Under the pieces are notes generated by a model. It was not told the origin of the DNA and ran no database searches. It saw only the letters and a list, made by a program, of their open reading frames with translations. Positions 1 to 7,710 of a stretch of 64,000 bases of DNA are shown here, in pieces. Each line of letters opens with the position of its first letter. Position 1 is the stretch's first letter. This DNA is from Patescibacteria group bacterium (GTDB lineage Bacteria; Patescibacteriota; Minisyncoccia; Phycocordibacterales; Phycocordibacteraceae). The translations under genes and the position numbers were made by a program. Where the stretch lies: NCBI GenBank assembly GCA_004322365.1, contig SCTS01000007.1:18266-82265 (forward strand), in the 5' to 3' direction.

Positions 1-2745
1 CCCAGCTCGCGTACCACTTTAATTGGCGAACAGCCAAACCCTTGGAACCTTCTCCAGCTCCGGGATGTGGTGAGCCGACATCGAGGTGCCGAACTCCGCC
101 GTCGCTATGGACGCTTAGGCGGAACTAGCCTGTTATCCCCAGAGTAACTTTTATCCGTTGGGCTTCCCCTGCATCTAATGCATAAGGTCGGATCACTATG
201 CTCCACTTTCGTGTCTGCTCGACAAGTACGTCTCGCAGTTAAGCCAGCTTGTGCCATTACACGACCGGCACGGTTTCCATTCGCGCCTAGCTGACCTTTG
301 TAGGCTCCTCCGTTACTTTTTGGGAGGAGAGCGCCCCACTCAAACTGCCTGCCACGCACTGTCTCCCAGGTGTTTTGCCTGAGGTTAGAAATTGCAACAC
401 ATAAGAACGGTATTTCACTGATGAGTCCACGCCAACCAAGATCAGCGCTTCAACCTCTCCCGTCTATGCTACGCATATGCATCGCAATCCCAATACGAAG
501 CTACAGTAAAGCTTCTGGGGTCTTTTCGTCTAACTATGAGTAACCGGCATCTTCACCGGTATTGTATTTTCACCGAGCAAGTCCTCGAGACAGTTTCCAA
601 CTCGTTACACCATTCGTGCACGTCTGAACTTACCAGACAAGGAATTACGCTACCTTAGGACGATTATAGTTATCGCCGACATTGACCAGGGCTTATAAAG
701 TCCAGCACACAGTATTGCTACCATGCACCAACCTTAGTTGACCTTCTGGCATTGGTCAGGTGTCACCCCCTATACATCCTCTTGCGAGTTCGCAGGGAGC
801 TGTGTTTTTGATAAACAGTCGATTGGAAATCTTTCGCTGCGGCCTCCTAACTTAATAGGAGGCGGGCCTTATCCCGAAGTTACGGCCGCTGTTTTGCCGA
901 GTTCCTTGAGGACCTCTCACTCGTTCGCCTTGGTCTACTCGACCTGATCACCTGTGTTGGTTTGCGGTACGGTCTCTCGCTGGCTATAGCTTAGAAGATT
1001 TTCTTGGAAGCGTGCTCCATGGTATTCCTCCTGACGAATCAAGAAGTTTATGCTTCGCTTGGGGTAATGTATCCCGGATTTTCCTGAAGATACGCCCTCA
1101 CGCTACAAACACAAATCCAATTATGTGCACCATGTACAACCCTCCGTCTCTCCATCGCACCAGCGCGAGGTTAGGGAATATTAACCCTATGTCCATCGCG
1201 TTCGGCTTTCGCCATTTGCTTAGGCCCGACTAACCCTTGGCTGATTATCAGTGCCAAGGAAACCTCGATCTTTCGGCGTACGGGGTTCTCACCCGTATTG
1301 TGGTTACTTGTGCCGGCATTCTCACTTCCAAACGCTCCAGAATGGGTCACCCCTTATCCTTCATCGCGGTTTGGAACGCTCTCCTACCGCTCAATGCAAA
1401 CGGATTCGCATTAAGCCCTCAGTTTCGGTATCGTGCTTAGCCCCGATTATCTTCGGCGCAGAAGTTCTCGATGAGTGAGCTGTTACGCTTTCTTTAAATG
1501 GTGGCTGCTTCTAAGCCAACATCCTCACTGTCTTAGAACTTCCACTTCCTTGTGATGCACTCAGCACGAATTTAGGGACCTTAACTTGAGATCTAGGCTC
1601 TTCCCTTCTCGACATATGGAGCTTAGCCCCCATCGTCTAACTGCCTGACTGCGCTCGCCGGTATTCGGAGTTTGATAGGATCAACGAGATTGCTCCCTGT
1701 TTGATCCTTCCAGTGCTCTACCCCCGGGAGAAACATCAGACGCCAGCCCAAAAGCTGTTTCGGAGAGAACCAGCTATTACCAGGTTCGATAAGCTTTTCA
1801 CTCCTTGTCACAAGTCATCCCAAGACGTTATACGATCAACGGGTTCGGGCCTCCATCTGTCTTTCGACAAACTTCACCCTGCTCATGACAAGCTCACCTG
1901 GCTTCGGGTCTTACGCACGCGACTTTTCGCGCTATTCACACTCGGTTTCCCTTCGGCTCCGGGCTAACGCCCTTAGCCATGCCGTGTGCGTAAACTCGCC
2001 GGCTCATTCTTCAATAGGCACGCCGTCGAGGTGCATGCACCTCTTCGACTCCTTGTAGATGTGTGGTTTCAGAACTATTTCACTGTCCTCATCGGACTAC
2101 TTTTCACCTTTCCCTCACGGTACTGGTTCACTATCGATCTCTATAGATATTTAGCCTTGCCGGTTAGTCCCGGCAGATTCATCCAAGCTATTCATGTCTC
2201 GGATTACTCAAGAACGACAACAAGAAAGTGACTTTTGTTTCGCGTACGGGACCGTTACCCTCTAGGGTTCTGCTTCCCAGCAGATTCCGCTACAAAAATC
2301 ATTGATGACTTTCCTTCCATAAATGGAACGCTATCGCCTTACAACCCCCACGCATCACACTATGTACGATACTAAAACTTTTGAAGAATTTTATTTCTTC
2401 ATTTTTTTTGCATCACACACATTGTGATGCGTAGGTTTGGGCTTCTCCCGTTTCGCTCGCCGCTACTCGGGGAATTCCAGAATCCCGGTCCCTCGGCAAA
2501 AATAAATTTGCAGAGAGACCGAGATATCCTGTTGGTCTCTTTTCCTCTAGGTACTGAGATGTTTCACTTCCCTAGGTGCGCTTCTCGAACACGCGCTCGA
2601 GATATCTTCCGTAAGAAGATGGGTTTCCCCATTCGGACATTTTCGGATCAATGCTTGCTCGTCAGCTCCCCGAAACTTTTCGCAGACAGGCTACGTCCTT
2701 CATCGCTCTATAGAGTCTAGGCATCCACCACACACCCTTCAAACT
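1..2745 (-). rRNA. rrl: 23S ribosomal RNA, 3' part cut by the window edge; 5' end near 2735-2750
   Basis: The reverse complement of 1-160 matches conserved 23S domain V (GGGGATAACAGGCT ... GTTCGGCACCTCGATGTCGGCTC). The reverse complement of about 2420-2470 matches the 23S 5' region (CCCCGAGTAGCGGCGAGCGAAACGGGAGAAGCCCAAACC), and that of 2700-2735 matches the extreme 5' end (GGTGGATGCCTAG...GATGAAGGACG). ORFs predicted inside are antisense artefacts. No intron-sized insertion or internal ORF is present. Confidence 0.9.
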
Positions 2746-3043
2746 TCCACGAGGAAGCTTGAAAACCACATAACGATTCTGTTCAATTACGAACAGTGAT
2801 TTTTATTATGCTCGGTGTTCTCTTTGTGATGAGTTGTCAATGAACTGATTTCTGAGGGAACAAAAAAGGCCGCTTTTCGCGACCTCTGGTACAGGAGCTT
2901 AAAAGCTACTGTCTAGCGTCGCATTTCGCCTCTAGTGTTAGTACTCATAAACCTATGTAAGAGAATACGCCCCGAGCGAGCTTATGTCAAGGAAACGCGG
3001 GCTCGTTTGGCAAAATGAGCCCTCAGAAAGAGCTCTAAATAAA

Positions 3044-3066
3044 AAACCCTTTATTTAAAGGGTTTT
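3044..3066 (-). terminator. rho-independent terminator-like hairpin (AAAACCCTTTAAATAAAGGGTTTT followed by a T-run on the minus strand)
   Basis: Perfect 9-bp stem with a T-run on the minus strand. Confidence 0.4.
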
Positions 3067-3120
3067 ACGGCAGAGCTTCTTTGGGCTGATTACCCTATCC
3101 ACAGGATTTCCACTCCTAAT

Positions 3121-3152
3121 TAGGTGCTAGGTTTTAGGGACTAGGTTCTAGC
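3121..3152. repeat. modular intergenic repeat TAGGTGCTAGGTTTTAGGGACTAGGTTCTAGC
   Basis: Built from the same modules as 4366-4396, in permuted order (AGGTTCTAGGG, ACTAGGTTTTAGG, TGCTAG). Confidence 0.6.
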
Positions 3153-3159
3153 TTTGACA

Positions 3160-3198
3160 CAAAAATACCCCAAGGTTTTGCCTTAGGGTATTTAAATA
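3160..3198 (-). terminator. hairpin plus T-run on the minus strand, just downstream of the 3219..3434 ORF
   Basis: AAATACCC..GGGTATTT stem followed by TTTTTGTG on the minus strand. Confidence 0.4.
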
Positions 3199-3218
3199 TA
3201 AGTTACTGTTACAAAAAT

Positions 3219-3434
3219 CTAAGATTGTTGGGGCTGAGAAATACTTAGCAACATTCCAACTTCTGTCTCTACACGATTCTTGTCATCGGGTGTAAGCGGT
3301 GAAAACATTCCCACCATCTGTTCGACAAGCGCATGTAATGCTTCTGGTCGTGACTGTCGGTCATTACGAGCTGTACGTATTTTTCGCGTAAGTTGCGCGA
3401 CTGGTTTTGAAAGTGGATGCAATCCTCGTTCCAT
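3219..3434 (-). CDS. hypothetical small protein (71 aa)
   Basis: ORF lies between two minus-strand terminator-like hairpins (3160-3198 and 3471-3508). The protein is charged and non-repetitive. No clear RBS. Confidence 0.35.
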   Translation of the reverse strand: MERGLHPLSKPVAQLTRKIRTARNDRQSRPEALHALVEQMVGMFSPLTPDDKNRVETEVGMLLSISQPQQS

Positions 3435-3470
3435 ACATCAATGCTACTTTCCCATTACAAAAGAGTCAAG

Positions 3471-3508
3471 AATAAAAAAACACCCGCTCATTTCTGAGTG
3501 GGTGTTTT
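3471..3508 (-). terminator. bidirectional rho-independent terminator (A-run, 11-bp stem ACACCCGCTCA/TGAGTGGGTGT, T-run)
   Basis: Strong hairpin with flanking A- and T-runs, about 60 nt downstream of the stop of 3570..4259. Confidence 0.7.
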
Positions 3509-3510
3509 AA

Positions 3511-3568
3511 GCTGGAAGCTGTGATCCCTGCGGATCCGACGAGGCGTCGCCTGACAGCTGGAAGCTTT
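3511..3568. repeat. about 58-bp intergenic element 'A' (AGCTGGAAGCT GTGATCCCTGCGGATC CGACGAGGCGTCG CCTGACAGCTGGAAGCTTT), copy 1 of 2
   Basis: About 85% identical to 6301-6358. Contains two short hairpins (GATCC-CTGC-GGATC and CGACG-AGG-CGTCG) and an internal direct repeat GCTGGAAGCT. Confidence 0.7.
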
Positions 3569-3569
3569 C

Positions 3570-4259
3570 TTAGTTCTTGTGTCCAACTTCTGAACGAATT
3601 TTTTCGATGTAGCGAGCTGCTGCATCTTGACCACCGAGACCAAACGCAAGTCCGACTGCGAGTGATACCGCAATCACAATTCCTGTGAAGAGCGTCTGCA
3701 CAAAAGGAGTTGCGACTTGAAGTTGTGATAGAACAGCGAGGATTGTGAAAACCCAAATTGCCCACTTCGCAACATGTCCGGCAAGAGAAGCTGAGCGAAC
3801 GCCTGCTGCCTTTGCTGAACCAGTAACAATGTCTTTCGCAAATTGTGCGAGCATTGCACCAACAAGTACCATGAGTGCCGCAACAATTACTTGTGGCAAG
3901 TATGCGAGAACTACTGTCTGCAAGAAGACACTCACTTGTGTAAGTCCGAGAACTTCAAGTGCTGCCATCAAGAAGACGATAACGAAAAACCACTTCACTA
4001 AAGCACCGAGGAATGCTCCGGTATTCAATGTAAAACCAGCGCGCTCGACGAGATCGTTCAAGCCAGTCTTTTTGAGTGCTCCATCAATTTTGAGTGTACC
4101 CAAAACTTGTGAAATGACGCTACCAAGTGCTGCGCCCACAACCCATCCAAAAGCGAGAATAATAATCGCAACGAGTACATTTGGAACGAAGCTAACGAGC
4201 GTAAGCCAGAGATTCTGGAACGAATGCGTTAATACTTCTGCCCATGTTTGAATAATCAT
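3570..4259 (-). CDS. conserved TM-helix repeat membrane protein (MscS N-terminal-like, 2 repeats); ORF track extends to 4277 with a TTG start
   Basis: 229-aa polytopic protein with two copies of an amphipathic TM-helix repeat (…AFLGALVKWFFVIVFLMAALEVLGL… / …HVAKWAIWVFTILAVLSQLQV…). An in-frame ATG at 4259 gives MIIQTW. Confidence 0.75.
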   Translation of the reverse strand: MIIQTWAEVLTHSFQNLWLTLVSFVPNVLVAIIILAFGWVVGAALGSVISQVLGTLKIDGALKKTGLNDLVERAGFTLNTGAFLGALVKWFFVIVFLMAALEVLGLTQVSVFLQTVVLAYLPQVIVAALMVLVGAMLAQFAKDIVTGSAKAAGVRSASLAGHVAKWAIWVFTILAVLSQLQVATPFVQTLFTGIVIAVSLAVGLAFGLGGQDAAARYIEKIRSEVGHKN

Positions 4260-4365
4260 AGAGGTAACGTTATACAATAAATAAAATTAATAAACGGCTT
4301 TATTGCCTACTTAAAATGGTAGCACATTGTAGAGGTGCTGGAGGGTGGATGTGGATAGCAAAAGA

Positions 4366-4440
4366 AGGTTCTAGGGACTAGGTTTTAGGTGCTAGCTTTC
4401 GGATTTAAAGCTAGAAGCTAGCACCTGTAACCTGACCTCA
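4366..4440. repeat. modular intergenic repeat (AGGTTCTAGGGACTAGGTTTTAGGTGCTAGC ... AGCTAGAAGCTAGCACCTGTAACCTGACC)
   Basis: Same module vocabulary as 3121-3152 and 18504-18538. Flanks the membrane-protein gene on the side opposite 3121-3152. Confidence 0.6.
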
Positions 4441-5058
4441 ACGGCGGCCAATGATGGTACGGTGTTTGAATTCCAAGACATCGCGAAGCATTCGGTCGCG
4501 TGCCTCAAGACGCTCGGCATACTCTTCCTTTTCTAAAACAGCGTAGCGAAGTGGAAGTGCAGACATGCGCTCAACAGCTCGTACTGATGTCGCAATGCGT
4601 GGATTGTTTGGTTTTTTAGTTACAATCAAAATATCAACCACTCCTCTCTCCTCTCCAGTAAGTACACCCGCAACAACGAGGAGCGTAATACCAGAGACAC
4701 CTCTGAATGCTGACGCAATTGAAGAATCTTCAGGGAGAGTTACGGAATCAAGAAATGTACGAAAAGGAACAGCAAACGGATGCGTTGTATTCAAACTCCA
4801 CAGTATATTTTTACCCTGTGTTCGTGAAGTGAGAATCCGATAATTCTTAAGTGCGCGTAATTCACGCACTGTGACGGCTTTTGGGATGCCTGTGGTGTTT
4901 GAAGCAACAAGGGTAGTTATACGAGAATCTGGCTGAAATAAGAAAAACTTCAAAAGCTTCAAACGCGGAATCGATGAGCAGAGTTGGATGATATCTTTGA
5001 ACATGCAGAGTATTGTACCTGCACCTTTCCGAAAGACCAAAAATCGCAGAAATGACAA
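4438..5058 (-). CDS. hypothetical protein: ArsR-like winged helix followed by a degenerate Pol-beta-type nucleotidyltransferase-like segment
   Basis: 206-aa ORF. Residues about 55-90 (IPKAVTVRELRALKNYRILTSRTQGKNILWSLN) resemble a wHTH recognition helix and wing. Residues about 120-150 (ITLLVVAGVLTGEERGVVDILIV) resemble a minimal-NTase hG[GS]...D.D motif with the second Asp lost. The true start may be internal (MFKD...). Confidence 0.55.
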   Translation of the reverse strand: MSFLRFLVFRKGAGTILCMFKDIIQLCSSIPRLKLLKFFLFQPDSRITTLVASNTTGIPKAVTVRELRALKNYRILTSRTQGKNILWSLNTTHPFAVPFRTFLDSVTLPEDSSIASAFRGVSGITLLVVAGVLTGEERGVVDILIVTKKPNNPRIATSVRAVERMSALPLRYAVLEKEEYAERLEARDRMLRDVLEFKHRTIIGRR

Positions 5059-5082
5059 AAAACAGCAAAAATCTCCGTATAG

Positions 5083-5110
5083 GTATAATTTAACGGTCGT
5101 TAAATTATAC
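5083..5110. promoter_or_regulatory. 13-2-13 perfect palindrome GTATAATTTAACG-GT-CGTTAAATTATAC containing TATAAT on both arms; putative operator/promoter of 4438..5058
   Basis: Perfect inverted repeat 25 nt upstream of the ORF start. Near-identical to the palindrome at 53880-53915. Confidence 0.6.
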
Positions 5111-5198
5111 TATACAGTGCGGAGAACAACGGTGAGTGAATCGAAAAGAGGGAGTGAAAAGATCGGGAGAGCGGGTAAGAAAAAACTAATACATGAAA

Positions 5199-5230
5199 TA
5201 AAAAACGCCCCACTCGGGGCGTTTTTTATT
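5199..5230 (-). terminator. bidirectional terminator after rplL (AACGCCCC-ACTC-GGGGCGTT flanked by A- and T-runs)
   Basis: Hairpin 14 nt downstream of the rplL stop with TTTTTTATTT on the minus strand. Confidence 0.75.
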
Positions 5231-5247
5231 TCAGATTTTAGAAAAAA

Positions 5248-5610
5248 TTATGAGAGCTCAACCTTTCCGCCTGCTTCCTCAATTTTCTTCTTGAGAGCTT
5301 CAGCGTCTTCTTTCTTCACACCTTCCTTCAAGACTGAAGGAGCGGCATCAATAAGATCTTTCGCTTCTTTAAGTCCGAGGGCAAGAGCTTCCTTAACTAC
5401 TTTGATGACGGCAATCTTTGTTGCACCTGCGTCAGTAAGTTTAATGGTGAACATTGATTTCTCTTCAGCTGCTTCACCTGATACTGCAGGACCTGCGGCT
5501 GCAACTGCTGTTGCAGAAACACCCCACTTCTCTTCTATTGCCTTGACGAGTGTATTCAATTCAAGGACGGTCATCTTCTCTACTGCTTCAATAACTTGTT
5601 CTTGTGTCAT
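5248..5610 (-). CDS. rplL: 50S ribosomal protein L7/L12
   Basis: 120-aa protein with an N-terminal dimerisation helix, an Ala/Glu-rich hinge and a C-terminal domain (…[11 protein letters not shown]…KEEAEALKKKLEEAGAKVE-like). Confidence 0.95.
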   Translation of the reverse strand: MTQEQVIEAVEKMTVLELNTLVKAIEEKWGVSATAVAAAGPAVSGEAAEEKSMFTIKLTDAGATKIAVIKVVKEALALGLKEAKDLIDAAPSVLKEGVKKEDAEALKKKIEEAGGKVELS

Positions 5611-5741
5611 GGTTAGATTTTGTTACGAACGGAGTGAGCTAGAAAATCTTCCACCCTGTTAAATCCCGCCTTGCGGGACGCTTGCGTACAAGCGTATTTA
5701 ACAGGGTTAACTAATTTATACTCGCTTCACTCGTTAAATTA

Positions 5742-6251
5742 CTAAACTTTGATCTTTCCTACTTCAGCAAGTGCTATCGCAAAACGCTGAATAGGAGAAT
5801 TAATAACATTGACGAACATACCTCGAAGTACCGAGACTGGAGGAATAGTAGCGACAGCAACAATTTCTGTTCCTGAGAGATACTTCCCTTCCAAGGCACC
5901 GCCGAGGAATACAAGCTTGCCCTTCAATTTCTTGACGAACGCTTGCAAACTTCTCGCTGGCGCTGTGATGTCGGACTCCACACCCTCTACTTCAGAGAGA
6001 TAGGCAAAAGCGACTTCACCAGTTAATTCTGGCATCTCACCAGAAAAACCTTTCGCATCGAGAGCCTTCTTCAAGAGCGTCTTCTTAACGACGGTGTACT
6101 TCACACCCTCGCCTTTGAGTGCATCTCGAAGTTCGTTTACTTCATGAACTGTCACTCCCCTAAAAGAAACAAAGACGATAGACACTGCTTTCGCGAGTGC
6201 GTCAGATGTTCCTTTCAAGAGTGACTCTTTTTTTGCTCGAGTAATGGCCAT
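5742..6251 (-). CDS. rplJ: 50S ribosomal protein L10
   Basis: 169-aa protein with L10 family features (…FRGVTVHEVNELRDAL…). Lies immediately upstream of rplL on the same strand. Confidence 0.9.
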   Translation of the reverse strand: MAITRAKKESLLKGTSDALAKAVSIVFVSFRGVTVHEVNELRDALKGEGVKYTVVKKTLLKKALDAKGFSGEMPELTGEVAFAYLSEVEGVESDITAPARSLQAFVKKLKGKLVFLGGALEGKYLSGTEIVAVATIPPVSVLRGMFVNVINSPIQRFAIALAEVGKIKV

Positions 6252-6300
6252 ATTGAATAGCTTTCAGCTGCCAGCTGTCGGCTTTCAGCTTTAACTTCCG

Positions 6301-6358
6301 AAAAGCTGAGTGATCCCTGCGGATCCGACGAAGCGTCGCCTAAAGACTGGGAGCTTTA
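6301..6358. repeat. about 58-bp intergenic element 'A', copy 2 (AAAAGCTGAGTGATCCCTGCGGATCCGACGAAGCGTCGCCTAAAGACTGGGAGCTTTA)
   Basis: About 85% identical to 3511-3568. Lies 50 nt upstream of rplJ and is preceded by AGCTTTCAGCT-type heptamer repeats (6253-6300). Confidence 0.7.
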
Positions 6359-6773
6359 TTGGTAATGCACAAATTTAGGAGTTTCGAGGCGGATCGACCG
6401 CACCCTCGACTTCGGTAGGTGGCTTGTGGCCATTGACCCTTTCGGGACCTACTGTCTCCAGTCGTGCTAGAAGCTAGACTACCACAAATCTAGCGATATA
6501 CGCAAACCACCCCCAGAGACAGCCCAATTCAAGCTGATTTTGCCGCTACCCCAAATACAGTAAGAAAGATGAAGCTAATTAAAATTATGACCGAAAAAGC
6601 GAGGAGGAACCGAAAGAATCCGGGGGTAAAAAACTTTTTCATCCCGTTAGAGGCAGGATGCCTCTGGCATCCGTAAATTATGCAAAGCGAGTAAAGATAG
6701 AACCGCAATCATCATTCTATTGTACGATATATTTTTCATAACGCTCAGGCCTCTAACGGGATTCATGTCCCCG

Positions 6774-7559
6774 CTACTGTGGAAGTCGTGCAATCTCTAC
6801 TCCAATCGACTCTACATGCGCAACATCATTTTGTTCTCGGGCTATTGCCAACGCTTTCGTGAATGCATCGCGCGCTTTTACCATGTCTCCAGTGTCGCGA
6901 TAATACCCTCCAAGCATTATGAGCGGATCAGGATTTGCGGGAAACTTTTTTGATGCTGAAAGTAGGATATCTACAACTAGAGTTGTATTTTGCTTGTAGA
7001 GATAGCGATAGAGTTCGTGAAGTTCGAAGTAGGGCGTAATTGAATTTGGATTTACTTGAATGGATTGCTTAAAATAACTCTCTGACTTTGGGAAATCCTT
7101 CAAATCAAACTTGTAGAGTTTGCCGAGATTGTCGTACGCCGTAGAAACTCCTGGAGCGGGGACTGCCTTCAAAAGAAATTCCCATACACCTTTTGCACCC
7201 TCGTAGTCGTTTGCACTGTGATACAAAACGCCGAGTGTAAACCAATCATCCGCCCGATTCATATCTTTCTTCAAACGAGCTATCACGCTGTCAGCATTCT
7301 TTTGAATCGCAACCCGAGCTACGGGTGGAACTGAAGCGCCAAATTGAATCCCCCGCTCAAGGCTTGGCGCCAAATCTTTTATTTGTACCTCCGATTCAAG
7401 TTCGATAGTGTAATTTGGTGTCGTCGTTGCTCCGTCAAAAGTTATCGTGCTGTCATTCGTTTCTGGACTTTTTTGTTTAGAAGCAACATAGGCAATACCA
7501 CCGAGGACAACAATAACAACAAGAACGCCTCCAATAAACAATAGTGTTTTTGATTTCAT
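6774..7559 (-). CDS. membrane-anchored tetratricopeptide-repeat protein
   Basis: 261 aa. N-terminal TM helix (LLFIGGVLVVIVVLGGIAYV) followed by TPR-like repeats (…WFTLGVLYHSANDYEGAKGVWEF…, …AHVESIGVEIARL). Confidence 0.75.
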   Translation of the reverse strand: MKSKTLLFIGGVLVVIVVLGGIAYVASKQKSPETNDSTITFDGATTTPNYTIELESEVQIKDLAPSLERGIQFGASVPPVARVAIQKNADSVIARLKKDMNRADDWFTLGVLYHSANDYEGAKGVWEFLLKAVPAPGVSTAYDNLGKLYKFDLKDFPKSESYFKQSIQVNPNSITPYFELHELYRYLYKQNTTLVVDILLSASKKFPANPDPLIMLGGYYRDTGDMVKARDAFTKALAIAREQNDVAHVESIGVEIARLPQ

Positions 7560-7630
7560 ACATTCATTCTAAACCAACGAATCCACTAATACAAAGAAAC
7601 GAAGACTGAAATCACCTTACTGAGATACGC

Positions 7631-7661
7631 AAAAACCCACCCCGTGAGGGGTGGGTTTTTG
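7631..7661 (-). terminator. bidirectional terminator (AAAAACCCACCCC-GTGA-GGGGTGGGTTTTT)
   Basis: 10-bp GC-rich stem with flanking A- and T-runs, 50 nt downstream of the 7711 stop. Confidence 0.8.
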
Positions 7662-7710
7662 TTGCTAACCCAAATGTGTTAGCTGGATTCCGAAGATTTC
7701 GGAATAAGGC

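Noticed and set aside
738-2720. Several 60-100-aa ORFs inside 1-2745 (e.g. 2424..2720, 1701..1967)
   Set aside because: They lie within or antisense to the 23S rRNA gene. No coding signal is expected, and they are artefacts of the six-frame scan.
1-2745. Group I intron or homing endonuclease insertion in the 23S gene, common in CPR rRNA genes
   Set aside because: 23S length in the window is only about 135 nt longer than the E. coli equivalent, and no ORF over 100 aa lies inside. The AT-rich block at 2370-2420 corresponds to a normal variable helix near the 5' domain.
4988-5662. 224-aa plus-strand ORF
   Set aside because: Fully antisense to the well-supported rplL gene and its terminator. 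Low-complexity, Ser/Ala-rich translation.
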